From the NCBI GenBank assembly GCA_032718475.1, contig JAUCBJ010009137.1, positions 1-64,000 of the forward strand: a stretch of DNA of 64,000 bases. The letters run 5' to 3'. Of the stretch, positions 13,184 through 23,011 are shown piece by piece. Source of the DNA: Nemertoderma westbladi (Eukaryota > Animalia > Xenacoelomorpha). The translations under genes and the position numbers were made by a program. The notes under the pieces were generated by a model that was given only the letters and a program-made list of their open reading frames with translations, was not told the origin of the DNA and ran no database searches. Positions within the stretch are counted from its first letter, which is position 1. The number at the start of each line of letters is the position of its first letter.

Positions 13184-14435
13184 TGTAAAAGCTTCTGTGG
13201 GATATAACTGGCCCCTTTGCTTCGCAATCCAGTTTCCCCCCAGGCGCTGGAATACTCTAAAAGGTTCTCTAACTGTATATATATTCCCCTCGCCCGCAAG
13301 GTACCGTTACAGGTGTTTTAACGGACATAAAAGTCATTCTTCTATATACGTGCTTTGGCGGACATGGTAAGGCAAAAAACCCGCAATGCACCAAATACCT
13401 TTACACGGCTTGGCCTTGATGATTCAGATTGCGACATCTAGCAGCTGGTTGCTGGCATGGAAACAGCCATTGGACGCATGGTTCTTTGTTTGGCTTGAGC
13501 CAATCAGAGCGATTTTTTCTGTCAACGTGTAGATATTCGGCCGATCATACTAGGAGTGTTCAGTCTTACTGTTTTTCTTGATACTTTTGTTGTTTCTATC
13601 TAGGCCAGGAACACCGGCTCTAGAGTTAATTCGTTTTCATACTTTAGAAGAAACATTAGTAGGCTTAAATTATAGAGCGTATAACTGTTATCAGTGCATA
13701 ACAATCAACTTATCTCAATTCAGTCTTACATTATCGGTTCAACATACATTATTATACTGCTGTTTACTGTTGTGTTTTGGTTGAATATTATTTGGAGAAC
13801 ATATATAAAGAACCCAAATTTCCCAATTTTCTTGATACACTACAGGTTAGAGAGACGGGTTATATATAGCGATTGCGACTTATATTATTTTGGTTTGTAG
13901 TGAATTTAATGCTATTTGATAAGCACTACATGAGTCCGTTGCTGTTCTCTTTATATGTGATAAAATTCATTGACGGTCGGCAAATTAGTGAGCAGTATTG
14001 TGTGTTACCGGTAGTGTGCATGATTGTGGCTGATAACTAAGCATTTCCTAAAGAATGCGCCTCATACGTGAATCATAAGCCTTACCGACTTACTGTTGTG
14101 ATTAGTATAAGTTATATCTCTGTTTACCTAGATAGAGCGCCACGTCCTAAAGGAACTGTTAATATTTCCCGAAAGTGAATAATATTAGTCAGAAATTAAT
14201 TATTAACGATCAATCGAATAATACAGTAAGCTTACACTGCAATAATAATCTAAGCCCTCAGAATCCAGTCTCCCGGGTATATCCAGCGGGTGAATGGACG
14301 CGCACTAGGCTGGCTTCTGCTAATGTTGTGTTTATTGGTATTAAATATTTGTCATCTTCTAAAGTCTATTTATAAACCAAAAGACATATAAATTTTGGCA
14401 GGTTAAACTGCTAAAGGTCTTCAAAAGCGCGTACA
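13184..14435 (+). repeat. 5' LTR (about 1.25 kb; end at 14435 or 14441)
   Basis: Near-identical to 24541-25093 up to 13736. Beyond that it is homologous to the LTR of the related minus-strand element (33328-34462) through aaaagcgcgtaca. Confidence 0.75.
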
Positions 14436-14479
14436 ATAACAGTTATTGACTTTATTGCAGTAAGCAATAAAGTTGAAAG

Positions 14480-14630
14480 TACCGGTCGACCGGTAAACCT
14501 GAACCGGTACTTCTGTAGGTCAGTAGGCCCAACTGCCAGAACCGGTACTGCTGTAGGTCCGTAGGTCCAACTGCCAGAACCGGTACTTCTGTAGGTCTGT
14601 AGGCCCAACTGTCCTAACCGGTACTTCCAG
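14480..14630 (+). repeat. 16-bp perfect palindrome followed by a 38-bp tandem repeat (about 3.5 units) in the retroelement leader
   Basis: taccggtcgaccggta at 14480-14495; accggtac at 14503, 14541, 14579 and 14617. Confidence 0.85.
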
Positions 14631-14774
14631 TACAAGTACATTAGTATTATTTCGATTGTGATCTATAGTATATTGTAGGCTACCAGGGGAATAGGGATTG
14701 ATCACCCCTCATTCTTTTGTATAGTTTACTTATTTCTGTCAGTTTTATTTCCTAGTAAGTTAATATTGAGCTGA

Positions 14775-15375
14775 AGACGTGTAAGTCTGCTCAGATTGTT
14801 CAGATAATTGTAGGCCGGATTGTTGTCGGATTGTTGTTGGGTTTGGAGAGATTACGGCGTGTGTAGAGTTTGTCCGATAGAGTGTCAGTTAGTAAGTTGG
14901 GGCAGCCATAGCTGTAAGGTCAATCCCCTCTTAAAGAATAAGTCGTACTACCGTGTTAGAACGCATACTAACTAACCATTTTGGAATCTGCACATACTGT
15001 AGTTTATTTAGGCTTGACAGTATTCTGCCAACGTTTTGGCCTGTGTTTGTTTGTGTGGTCTGTTCAGGTACCGTAATAGTTATTACTCAGATATTTTGTA
15101 GGCTGGATTGTTGTCTAGCTATTATTAGGTCTGAAGAGATTGCTGCTTGTGTAGAGTTTGTCTGATAAAGTGCCAGTTAGTAAGTTGGGGCAGTCATAGC
15201 TGTAAGGTCAATCCCCTCTTAAAGAATAAGTCGTACTACCGTGTTAGAACGCATACTAACTAACCATTTTGGAATCTACACATACTGTAGTTTATTTAGG
15301 CTTGGTGGTAGTCTGCCAGCGTTTGGTTTGTATTTTGTTTGAGTATTCTGTACGGGTAGCGTAATATTTATTATT
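14775..15375 (+). repeat. About 290-bp direct duplication in the leader
   Basis: gtgtagagtttgtc...aatcccctcttaaagaataagtcgtactaccgtgttagaacgc occurs twice, near 14860 and 15150. Confidence 0.85.
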
Positions 15376-16669
15376 CAGAGTTTATGCGATTATTCGCAAC
15401 ATTCATGTCCCCAAGTTTATTCCTACAGTAATTGTGTTTGTTACACATACCGTTATAGTTAAATTAACCCCGGTACTACACGGGCTGCTTGGCGTAGGAA
15501 AAGACTGGTGACTTTGTGCTTCGGTCACTCCAGCAGATGCCGTGGTTCTTTTAACTGTTCAAGTATATTTAACTACTGATTATTTGTTGTACCAGTACTT
15601 GTACCTAATTTAGGGTTTAGTGTACAGTGCTTTCCGAGGTAATTAGTGTGTAGGCAGTATATTTGTGTTGTAAAGTGGTTAATAGGCATGCTGGATCTGG
15701 TAGTCCGCGGTAATTAACTTCTAGGTAGGAACACTCCGTGATACATAACGTAGTACCTATAGCGATACGGCTATAGGTCGTCAGGCGGTGGTATTTTCCT
15801 ATCTGGACAGTGCAATATATTTACTACTACTTATTATTTTCAAATACCATAGTACCCTGTCCGTTGTAATAAACCGAATTCTAACCCTTTGTTAGACTGG
15901 TTTGTAGACTTCCTGTAAAATTACCCTAAAAATTCGTACGTAATATTTTGTTGTGTTTAATTAGAGATTTAATCTCACCCGTATCGTAGGTAATTCGTAG
16001 TATTAAGTAACTTAGGTAAATTAGAATTATCTGTTTTAGTGTCAAATAAATAGCACTTCACTGAGAGCGCACAGCTTCTGTGTAGTGACCCCCCAGAAAT
16101 AATAACATTTATTTCAAATATTGACAAAACCCCTTTTAAACGGGTATATATCTATTATAAATCAACTCAAACGATTTATAAATAGTAGGCCTGCCATACA
16201 ACAACTAGGTCTCAATATCAGTTGGACTACTGCTTAAATAACGGTAACAAAGTAAGTTAAAGTAACCAAGTAACCCTAAAATATTCAGAAATTCAATTAT
16301 TCTAAAAATAATTGACATACCGGTATTTACCATAGGCTTATTATATTTATTTCTATAAATTTGTGCTGAACTCATACCGGTATTCTGTGATTAATTCTAG
16401 TTCATAATTATACTTATATATACTATAAGTGTAAGCTGTATACCGGTATTCACGATAGGCCTATTATATATTTATATATATTTGTGCTAAAATTATATAC
16501 CGGTACTCTGTGACAAACCTAGTTTACAATACTTATATATACTATAAGTGTATACCGGTATTCTAATATACTGTAATAAATTACCGGTACTAGGCCAACG
16601 GTCATACTGAATTACTAGACTTGTTTTAACTGTAACTATAGCAGTAGACATTCAACTGTATAGCTAAAC

Positions 16670-19600
16670 ATGTCTGACACCCAGCAAAACCTATCAGACA
16701 GTCTAATCGATACAACCATCTGTGACACAGATAGGAGTGTGGAGCGATTAAGAAAGGAGTTCAGCTCACCTCCTACTGAAAGAAAGGTCATCCCTCCAGT
16801 AGTAGTATCAGACCCTAAGCTAATCCAACACCATAGGTCTATCATCGGCACTCGGGCCCAAGTCAAACGGAACCAGGAAGCAGCTGTCCAACAGCAGCAA
16901 CATCCTAGTCAAGAAACTTGTTCCCAGCGATCCGATAGCTCCAGTAGTGCGGATACTGCAGAGCTGACCCCCGAACGCGGAGTGCAGATGGCGGCTACAG
17001 CCTACTCGGATCCCCTTCTCACCCTTCCTGCCGCAGTGCTAACTACTATATTGATTGCGGTGGAGGAACATCAAGCCGATAGGGCGAGAAGTAAGCGAGC
17101 GACCCAAGATAATTATGCGGGATACGCCAGGGAAGAATTGATGTCTATTGTCGAGTCACAATGGAACTTTCCCGGACCCGGACTCCCGTTAGATTTGTCC
17201 GAGGCTACTTGGGAGGATATATACAGGATGGGAGTGACTAAAGATACAATGGATCCAGCTGTTTGGAAGAGGTCGGCAGCAGGATATGTGCAGGGATTCT
17301 TCGGCTCCTTGGAGCGATTAGAAGAACAACTGTTTCGACAACCCCAAGGACCTCAAGAGCAGGAAGAGCTGCTATATCAAGTACGCGAAAGAACTCTACG
17401 CATTAGACTAATCCTATCAGCCTTTGAGGAAACTTCCAAAAGAAGACAGGACACGTCGCTGCAGGTCGCTGTCAAAACTTGGTTCCAGCGGGTAGGTCTC
17501 AAAGTACAAGAAACGGACCAGTGGAAATCCCAGCTGTCTGAGAAACTAACCTATGAAGAACCAACCGATGCCACCCTTTCTCAAGTGGAAGGCGAAGAGA
17601 CCGCAGAGAGACCACGAACGAGAGACGCCATCGACATATATCTGTCCGACTATCAGCGATTCCTAGGAGACGAAGAGTTGAGGAGACGGCTGTCTGGACT
17701 TTCCCCTAATAGTGAAGGAACCCAGCGTGTGTTAGACTCAATCGATGCTGAAATGTTAGCTGCTAACCAAGCTGAATTTGATGAAAAACTCCGCCTCACT
17801 AGAGTCCAAGAAGAACTAGTAAAGAAAAAACGGATAGAGGACAGAAAGGCAGCTGCAGTAACAGCGGCAATGGCAGAAGTAGAAGCAGAAAGAAAAGCAG
17901 CGGCGGCAGAAGCAGAAGCAGAAAGAAAGGCAGCGGCGGCAGAAGCAGAAGCAGAAAGAAAGGCAGCGGCGGCAGAAGCAGAAGTAGAAAGAAAGGCAGC
18001 GGCGGCAGAAGCAGAAGTAGAAAGAAAGGCAGCGGCGGCAGAAGCAGAAGCAGAAAGAAAAGCAGCAAAGGCAGTGGCAGAAGCAGAACGGAGAGCCTCT
18101 GAGGAGACTACCCAACTGGAGTTGGAAAATCTGCAAGAGACGCAAGACAACATAAATAAACAGTTAACTGCTAGTCACATGCAGATGATGAGAAGATCTA
18201 CTCCCAAACGCCAGGGATATACGTCATCGGAGGCAAGCGAAACCACCGATCCTGAAGGCGGAGGAAACAGATCTCGTCTAAGCAGGCGTAGAAAAACATC
18301 TTACCGTCACAAATTGCCTGATTTGCCCCCAGCTGTCAGAAGACAACTAGCTAGCACAGACTTAGGTAGTACAGAACCCACAGACCAAATTATTAAGGTC
18401 AAAAGACTCCCTACCATAGTTGATGAGCCTGAAATAATTAGGCCTGTCGTTCCAAAAGCCACTCCTGTGCTAGAGACCCCTGTACTTCCAGAGCTTAACT
18501 CTAAATTCCCTCTACATAGTACTACACTGCCTGTACCCGGTAGAACAGTCCATGAGATTATCCCTGTCCTGGAAGCTGAAAGAGAAATCAAAGATTTGTC
18601 TCCCGTCGTCCCGCGTCAGCCCGCTACAATGTTGGCGACTCCCGCTTCGGCGGTCGAGTGGGTAGAGGAGGGACGGCGGGGGATGAATCTCCTGCTCGGA
18701 CAGATGCAGAAGACTGTCCACCAGCTTAAGGGAACAGTAAGGGAAGTTAGGGCAGAATTGCAAGAAGTGCAGCAAAGTATCGCGTTAGAACGCGATAAAT
18801 TAGTCAATTTACAAAAGGGTATACCACCACCCCCTGTAACAATGTGTCAACCCGTTAGGTCTGAAGTATCTCATGCGCAAGGTGTGGAGCCTACACGCAT
18901 CTATACTGCTAGTGAAGTAGAAACTCCTATAGTAAACCCTATTCAGGGTGATTATAAACCTGTTGATAATAATATTCCATATAGACCTGATCATAATCCG
19001 AGAAATTTATATACCGATAATTCTATATTCAATAATACGATGGCTCAAGAAAGTTTTACGCGTCAAATGGCTAGAACCGAAGCCCGTCAAGCGGTAAAGG
19101 TTGGAGAGATCGTCAAGTTCAATGGAGATGAGATGAAATGGTTACCTTTTAATGAATATTACAAAGATAACATACAGAATTCTGTGTTATCTAACGGAGA
19201 GAAATTCAGATACCTCATCGAATGCTTGGAAGGACCTCCCAAGTTAATGGCGTCAAAATTTATTGGACATCCAGATGGATTAAGACAAGTTTGGGATACA
19301 TTAAACATCAGGTATGGTAATAGGACTAACATAGCTAGGTATTTATATTCGAAATTAATGGCGCCCCGAAAGTTTCTTAGCAGCGGGATTATAGAATTTT
19401 CCGATGAGATTCAGGAGATCTGTAGACAGCTAGATTGGTTAGGTAAGTCTCATGAATACCAGAACTCTATGGTTGTAGGAGCCTTAGCATCTACTTTACC
19501 AAAGGGTGGAGTAGGTACACGTTGGGACAAGAAAGTGTTATATATGATGGAACAACAACAACGAGACCCTACCATGGCTGATCTCATGTCCTTCTTAGAT

Positions 19601-21382
19601 AGTGAAGTAAAATTACAACTCATAAAGCAGTCCAGAGAGAAAACATGGGAAAATAAGGTAAGTGAGAAACCCGTTTCTAGGAGAAGGGTAACACCAGTGT
19701 GTTATACTGACGACGACGAAAGCCAAGTCTCTCAGGAAGAGGACAGCGGGAAAGACACAGCAAAATCCTACTATGACAACAAGACCTATAAAGACGTAAG
19801 TAAATATAAGTCTCGAACCAGTGACAGGAGAGAACAGGTAACAACAACTCCTCCTACGTCTCCTAAGAGAATTCACGGAAGAAAGCCCGAAGAAAGAACG
19901 AGAGTGCATAACGTTACCCAAGGTAAAGTGAGTAACATCAAACCAAAATGTGCGCTGTGCGACGGGCCCCACCGTTTGAGTGTGTGTGCTGAATTCCTAA
20001 AGAAATCCCTGGTAGACAGACGTGAAGTCATGTGGGATAAGCGGTTATGCTATAATTGCCTCAGACCAGGACACCAACGGCGAACCTGTTACTCCGAAGT
20101 AAGGTGTGCAAAGTGCGGTGCGAAACATCACATCTTGTTACGCAGTGAATTCGAACGAAACAACCCGAGTCAGGTAAGTGAGCCCGAACTACATGTCCAA
20201 TTCAGTGATGTAAATGACACTGATCAAGAATCTGAGATGGAAGGATTCTATACGGACGAATTCTCCGACGCCAACGAATCCTGTTACCTAATAAATACCG
20301 CAGTGTATCGAGCACTTACGTATGAAAAGGACACCGACAATGAGTTCCCCCCAACTACCTTTGACAGACAACCATCTTGGAAACCTCCAACTTCCAACGT
20401 AGGAATCAGAGAATTTCCTGTAGTGCAGGTAAGAGTTCACGGTCCCAACAAAAGTTACATAGTGAACGCCCTCCTTGACTCCGGCAGCACAGGAACATTC
20501 ATCGATCAAGAACTAGCCGAAGATATCTTTGCTGGACAACCCAGATTCCGAACTAAGTTGAATATGTCCGGAATTATGCAGGTTTGGAAATCTACCATAA
20601 CAGCAGATTACTATGTAGGTGAGTTGTCCACCCCCCAGGATAAATTAGGAGCACAAAGTATAAGGTCAGTAAAAATGGTGGCTATAAAGAACTTCGCTAC
20701 TACCCAAGTAGAACCTTATAACTGGGACGAGGACGAGAGCATCCAACAGCTTAAGATACCTCGATTCCAGACAGATTATCCTGGAGTGCAAATACTCATC
20801 GGCCAAAACGCGCATGAGGCGCTCGAGACATTGGAGAAACGGCCTGCTCAACCGCAGCCACTACAAACCTATGCGGTAAGAACTAGAGTAGGTTGGTACT
20901 TCACTGGCCCTTCCCGTAGAACTCTCAAAGAGAGATTACCTCAACAACAGGTATACCAAGTAAAGGAATGGGAAGTGGAGAGCAGTGATGTGGACGATCC
21001 AACTGAGGGAAGACCATACTCCTCAGATAATGACGATATTAACTCCAATGTAGATCAATGGAGACATTGCCTTGGGACAATTAATCCAGCCGACATCGCT
21101 TCCAGAGGAGCAACTCCTCAAGAACTGGTAGATAATCCAGGCTGGTTAGGTGGATCCGACTTCTTAAGTAAAGAAGAAGAAGAATGGCCTCCTCATCTTA
21201 CCCCAGTGAAGATTAGACAGGCCAAGGGAGCGGAGAAAGTAACACAACAACTAAATCGCCCAGCTAGTCGTTTATGTTTACTGGAAAGAGACCGAAAACT
21301 GTCCGGAAACTATGGAAGGCAAGATACTCTTCCTACGACCACTTCCCTAATCCGACAAATATCTAGGGACTCCATAACGTAA
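16670..21382 (+). CDS. BEL/Pao Gag-protease polyprotein with RT, most of RNase H and most of integrase deleted in frame (1570 aa)
   Basis: Capsid-like IVKFNGDEMKWLPF...EKFRYL; three Zn knuckles (CALCDGPH..C, CYNCLRPGH..C, CAKCGAKHH); protease ALLDSGS; RNase H tail WRHCLGTINPADIASRG; integrase tail RPASRLCLLE; no YxDD RT or DDE core. Confidence 0.9.
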   Translation: MSDTQQNLSDSLIDTTICDTDRSVERLRKEFSSPPTERKVIPPVVVSDPKLIQHHRSIIGTRAQVKRNQEAAVQQQQHPSQETCSQRSDSSSSADTAELTPERGVQMAATAYSDPLLTLPAAVLTTILIAVEEHQADRARSKRATQDNYAGYAREELMSIVESQWNFPGPGLPLDLSEATWEDIYRMGVTKDTMDPAVWKRSAAGYVQGFFGSLERLEEQLFRQPQGPQEQEELLYQVRERTLRIRLILSAFEETSKRRQDTSLQVAVKTWFQRVGLKVQETDQWKSQLSEKLTYEEPTDATLSQVEGEETAERPRTRDAIDIYLSDYQRFLGDEELRRRLSGLSPNSEGTQRVLDSIDAEMLAANQAEFDEKLRLTRVQEELVKKKRIEDRKAAAVTAAMAEVEAERKAAAAEAEAERKAAAAEAEAERKAAAAEAEVERKAAAAEAEVERKAAAAEAEAERKAAKAVAEAERRASEETTQLELENLQETQDNINKQLTASHMQMMRRSTPKRQGYTSSEASETTDPEGGGNRSRLSRRRKTSYRHKLPDLPPAVRRQLASTDLGSTEPTDQIIKVKRLPTIVDEPEIIRPVVPKATPVLETPVLPELNSKFPLHSTTLPVPGRTVHEIIPVLEAEREIKDLSPVVPRQPATMLATPASAVEWVEEGRRGMNLLLGQMQKTVHQLKGTVREVRAELQEVQQSIALERDKLVNLQKGIPPPPVTMCQPVRSEVSHAQGVEPTRIYTASEVETPIVNPIQGDYKPVDNNIPYRPDHNPRNLYTDNSIFNNTMAQESFTRQMARTEARQAVKVGEIVKFNGDEMKWLPFNEYYKDNIQNSVLSNGEKFRYLIECLEGPPKLMASKFIGHPDGLRQVWDTLNIRYGNRTNIARYLYSKLMAPRKFLSSGIIEFSDEIQEICRQLDWLGKSHEYQNSMVVGALASTLPKGGVGTRWDKKVLYMMEQQQRDPTMADLMSFLDSEVKLQLIKQSREKTWENKVSEKPVSRRRVTPVCYTDDDESQVSQEEDSGKDTAKSYYDNKTYKDVSKYKSRTSDRREQVTTTPPTSPKRIHGRKPEERTRVHNVTQGKVSNIKPKCALCDGPHRLSVCAEFLKKSLVDRREVMWDKRLCYNCLRPGHQRRTCYSEVRCAKCGAKHHILLRSEFERNNPSQVSEPELHVQFSDVNDTDQESEMEGFYTDEFSDANESCYLINTAVYRALTYEKDTDNEFPPTTFDRQPSWKPPTSNVGIREFPVVQVRVHGPNKSYIVNALLDSGSTGTFIDQELAEDIFAGQPRFRTKLNMSGIMQVWKSTITADYYVGELSTPQDKLGAQSIRSVKMVAIKNFATTQVEPYNWDEDESIQQLKIPRFQTDYPGVQILIGQNAHEALETLEKRPAQPQPLQTYAVRTRVGWYFTGPSRRTLKERLPQQQVYQVKEWEVESSDVDDPTEGRPYSSDNDDINSNVDQWRHCLGTINPADIASRGATPQELVDNPGWLGGSDFLSKEEEEWPPHLTPVKIRQAKGAEKVTQQLNRPASRLCLLERDRKLSGNYGRQDTLPTTTSLIRQISRDSIT

Positions 21383-21902
21383 TAACATATGGAGTGGGCG
21401 TGTGACTATATCATTTTATATTTGTTTTTATTTTATATTTATGTATGTATTATTATGTAATTTTATTATAATCGTTTCCTTTAATTTTATTTAGTAGAAT
21501 GTTATTTTAGTGATTATTTAGTAGATTAGTGCAATATATTAGTGTTTATTACGTACGTAATTACTTATAATATATTTAGTGTGACGGCGAGAAATAATTA
21601 TTTTTTATCTTTCCTTACTGTCCGTATCATATTATAAATACGTGACTACAGTAAGATGAAATGTCCGTACTTATTAAAGTACAATAAAGCTCCTACTATA
21701 CTTAAGTATTATTGGTAGGCAGAGTATTAGGAATGCAAAGTTCAGATCCTCGTGTCTCAGCTAAACCAAGCTCTGGGTAGACCTTGGAAACGACTTGCCT
21801 CTTCACACTGACATTGCTTCGTGCGATATTGCTCTTCTACCTTATATTAAATAATACATATAGTAGCGTGATGTCCCTATAACAGTAGCGTAAAACGCAA
21901 AT

Positions 21903-22192
21903 AAATCTGTTAAACCTTTTGACCATCTGTAATTCTAGTCGATTAAGATATCGTGGCACCCACCGATATACTTGAAAGACAAATTCTAGAATCAGTGGTT
22001 AACGTCCCCAGACAAGTTCTGGAATAAATCGGTGCCCATCTTAAATATTAATTTAATATTTATTAAAATCTGTAAAATTTAGATCCTTTAAAATTTCTAG
22101 TCAATTAAGATATCGCAGCACTTACCGATACTCTTAAAAGACAATTTTATAGAATTAAGGATCCTAAGTCCCCAGACATGCTCTGGAATAAA
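21903..22192 (+). ncRNA. Two tandem copies of a long stem-loop plus small hairpin (putative cis-acting RNA element)
   Basis: Copies at about 21903-22028 and 22066-22192. Nested pairings ttcta/tagaa, gtc/gac, ttaag/cttra and tatcg/cgata are kept. The basal stems differ but both pair. Confidence 0.6.
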
Positions 22193-23011
22193 AATTGTGT
22201 CAATTTTAACATCAAATAATAAAATTCACGGGAATAAATTTAAATTCATATTTTAAATGAATTTCATAAATTGTCATTTTGTGCAATTTATAACATTCCC
22301 AAAATTCCATTAATTAATAGATCATGGGAGCGGAGATTCATCCTATTGAGTGTATTAGAGTGCGAGAATCTCCAACATATAGTCAATAGCCGATAAAATT
22401 AATAAAATCATGTATAAAGAGGATATTGACAATTAAAGAATTACTATTAAATAGCATTCCAGATCTGTATGCATGAGAATTACTCTAATTCTACCACTAG
22501 CTTTCCATATTGTCACCATAGCAACACCCACGCTAGAATTAGAAGCAAGTTAAAAGAACAATAGAAAGCTTGTCCCATTGCATAGCATAGAGAATACATA
22601 GCACACTGTTAGTATCCAAGGATACACAGTAATAACGTGACATTCTGGAAGGCACTGACTAACGGACAAATGGCCTGTATGTGTACAATTGGTGACAGTT
22701 GTGTGGAATTTGTGCGTTTATAGGTGAATGTTACTGCTAAAGTATGTTTACAGTAGCTAGTCGCAATTGTGAAAGTAACCCAACTCTCCTATAGAAAGAA
22801 CCTAAAGTGGATTCAAGCCTTTGGGACGGACAGTGGAGTGACTTGTGCCGGTTATCGTTGTCGTGCTGTTGCTACATGTTGGCGTAAACACTGCGACAAC
22901 GGTACATCGGCGCTGAGAATCCCACTGTCCGGGGGCAAAGAAAGGTAGGCATCGACGCCCGCTCGCCTAAACATAAACTCATTATAATATTAATAAACTC
23001 AGATAACAGAT

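Noticed and set aside
21400-22980. env gene in the LTR element
   Set aside because: No long ORF, signal peptide or transmembrane segment in this interval.
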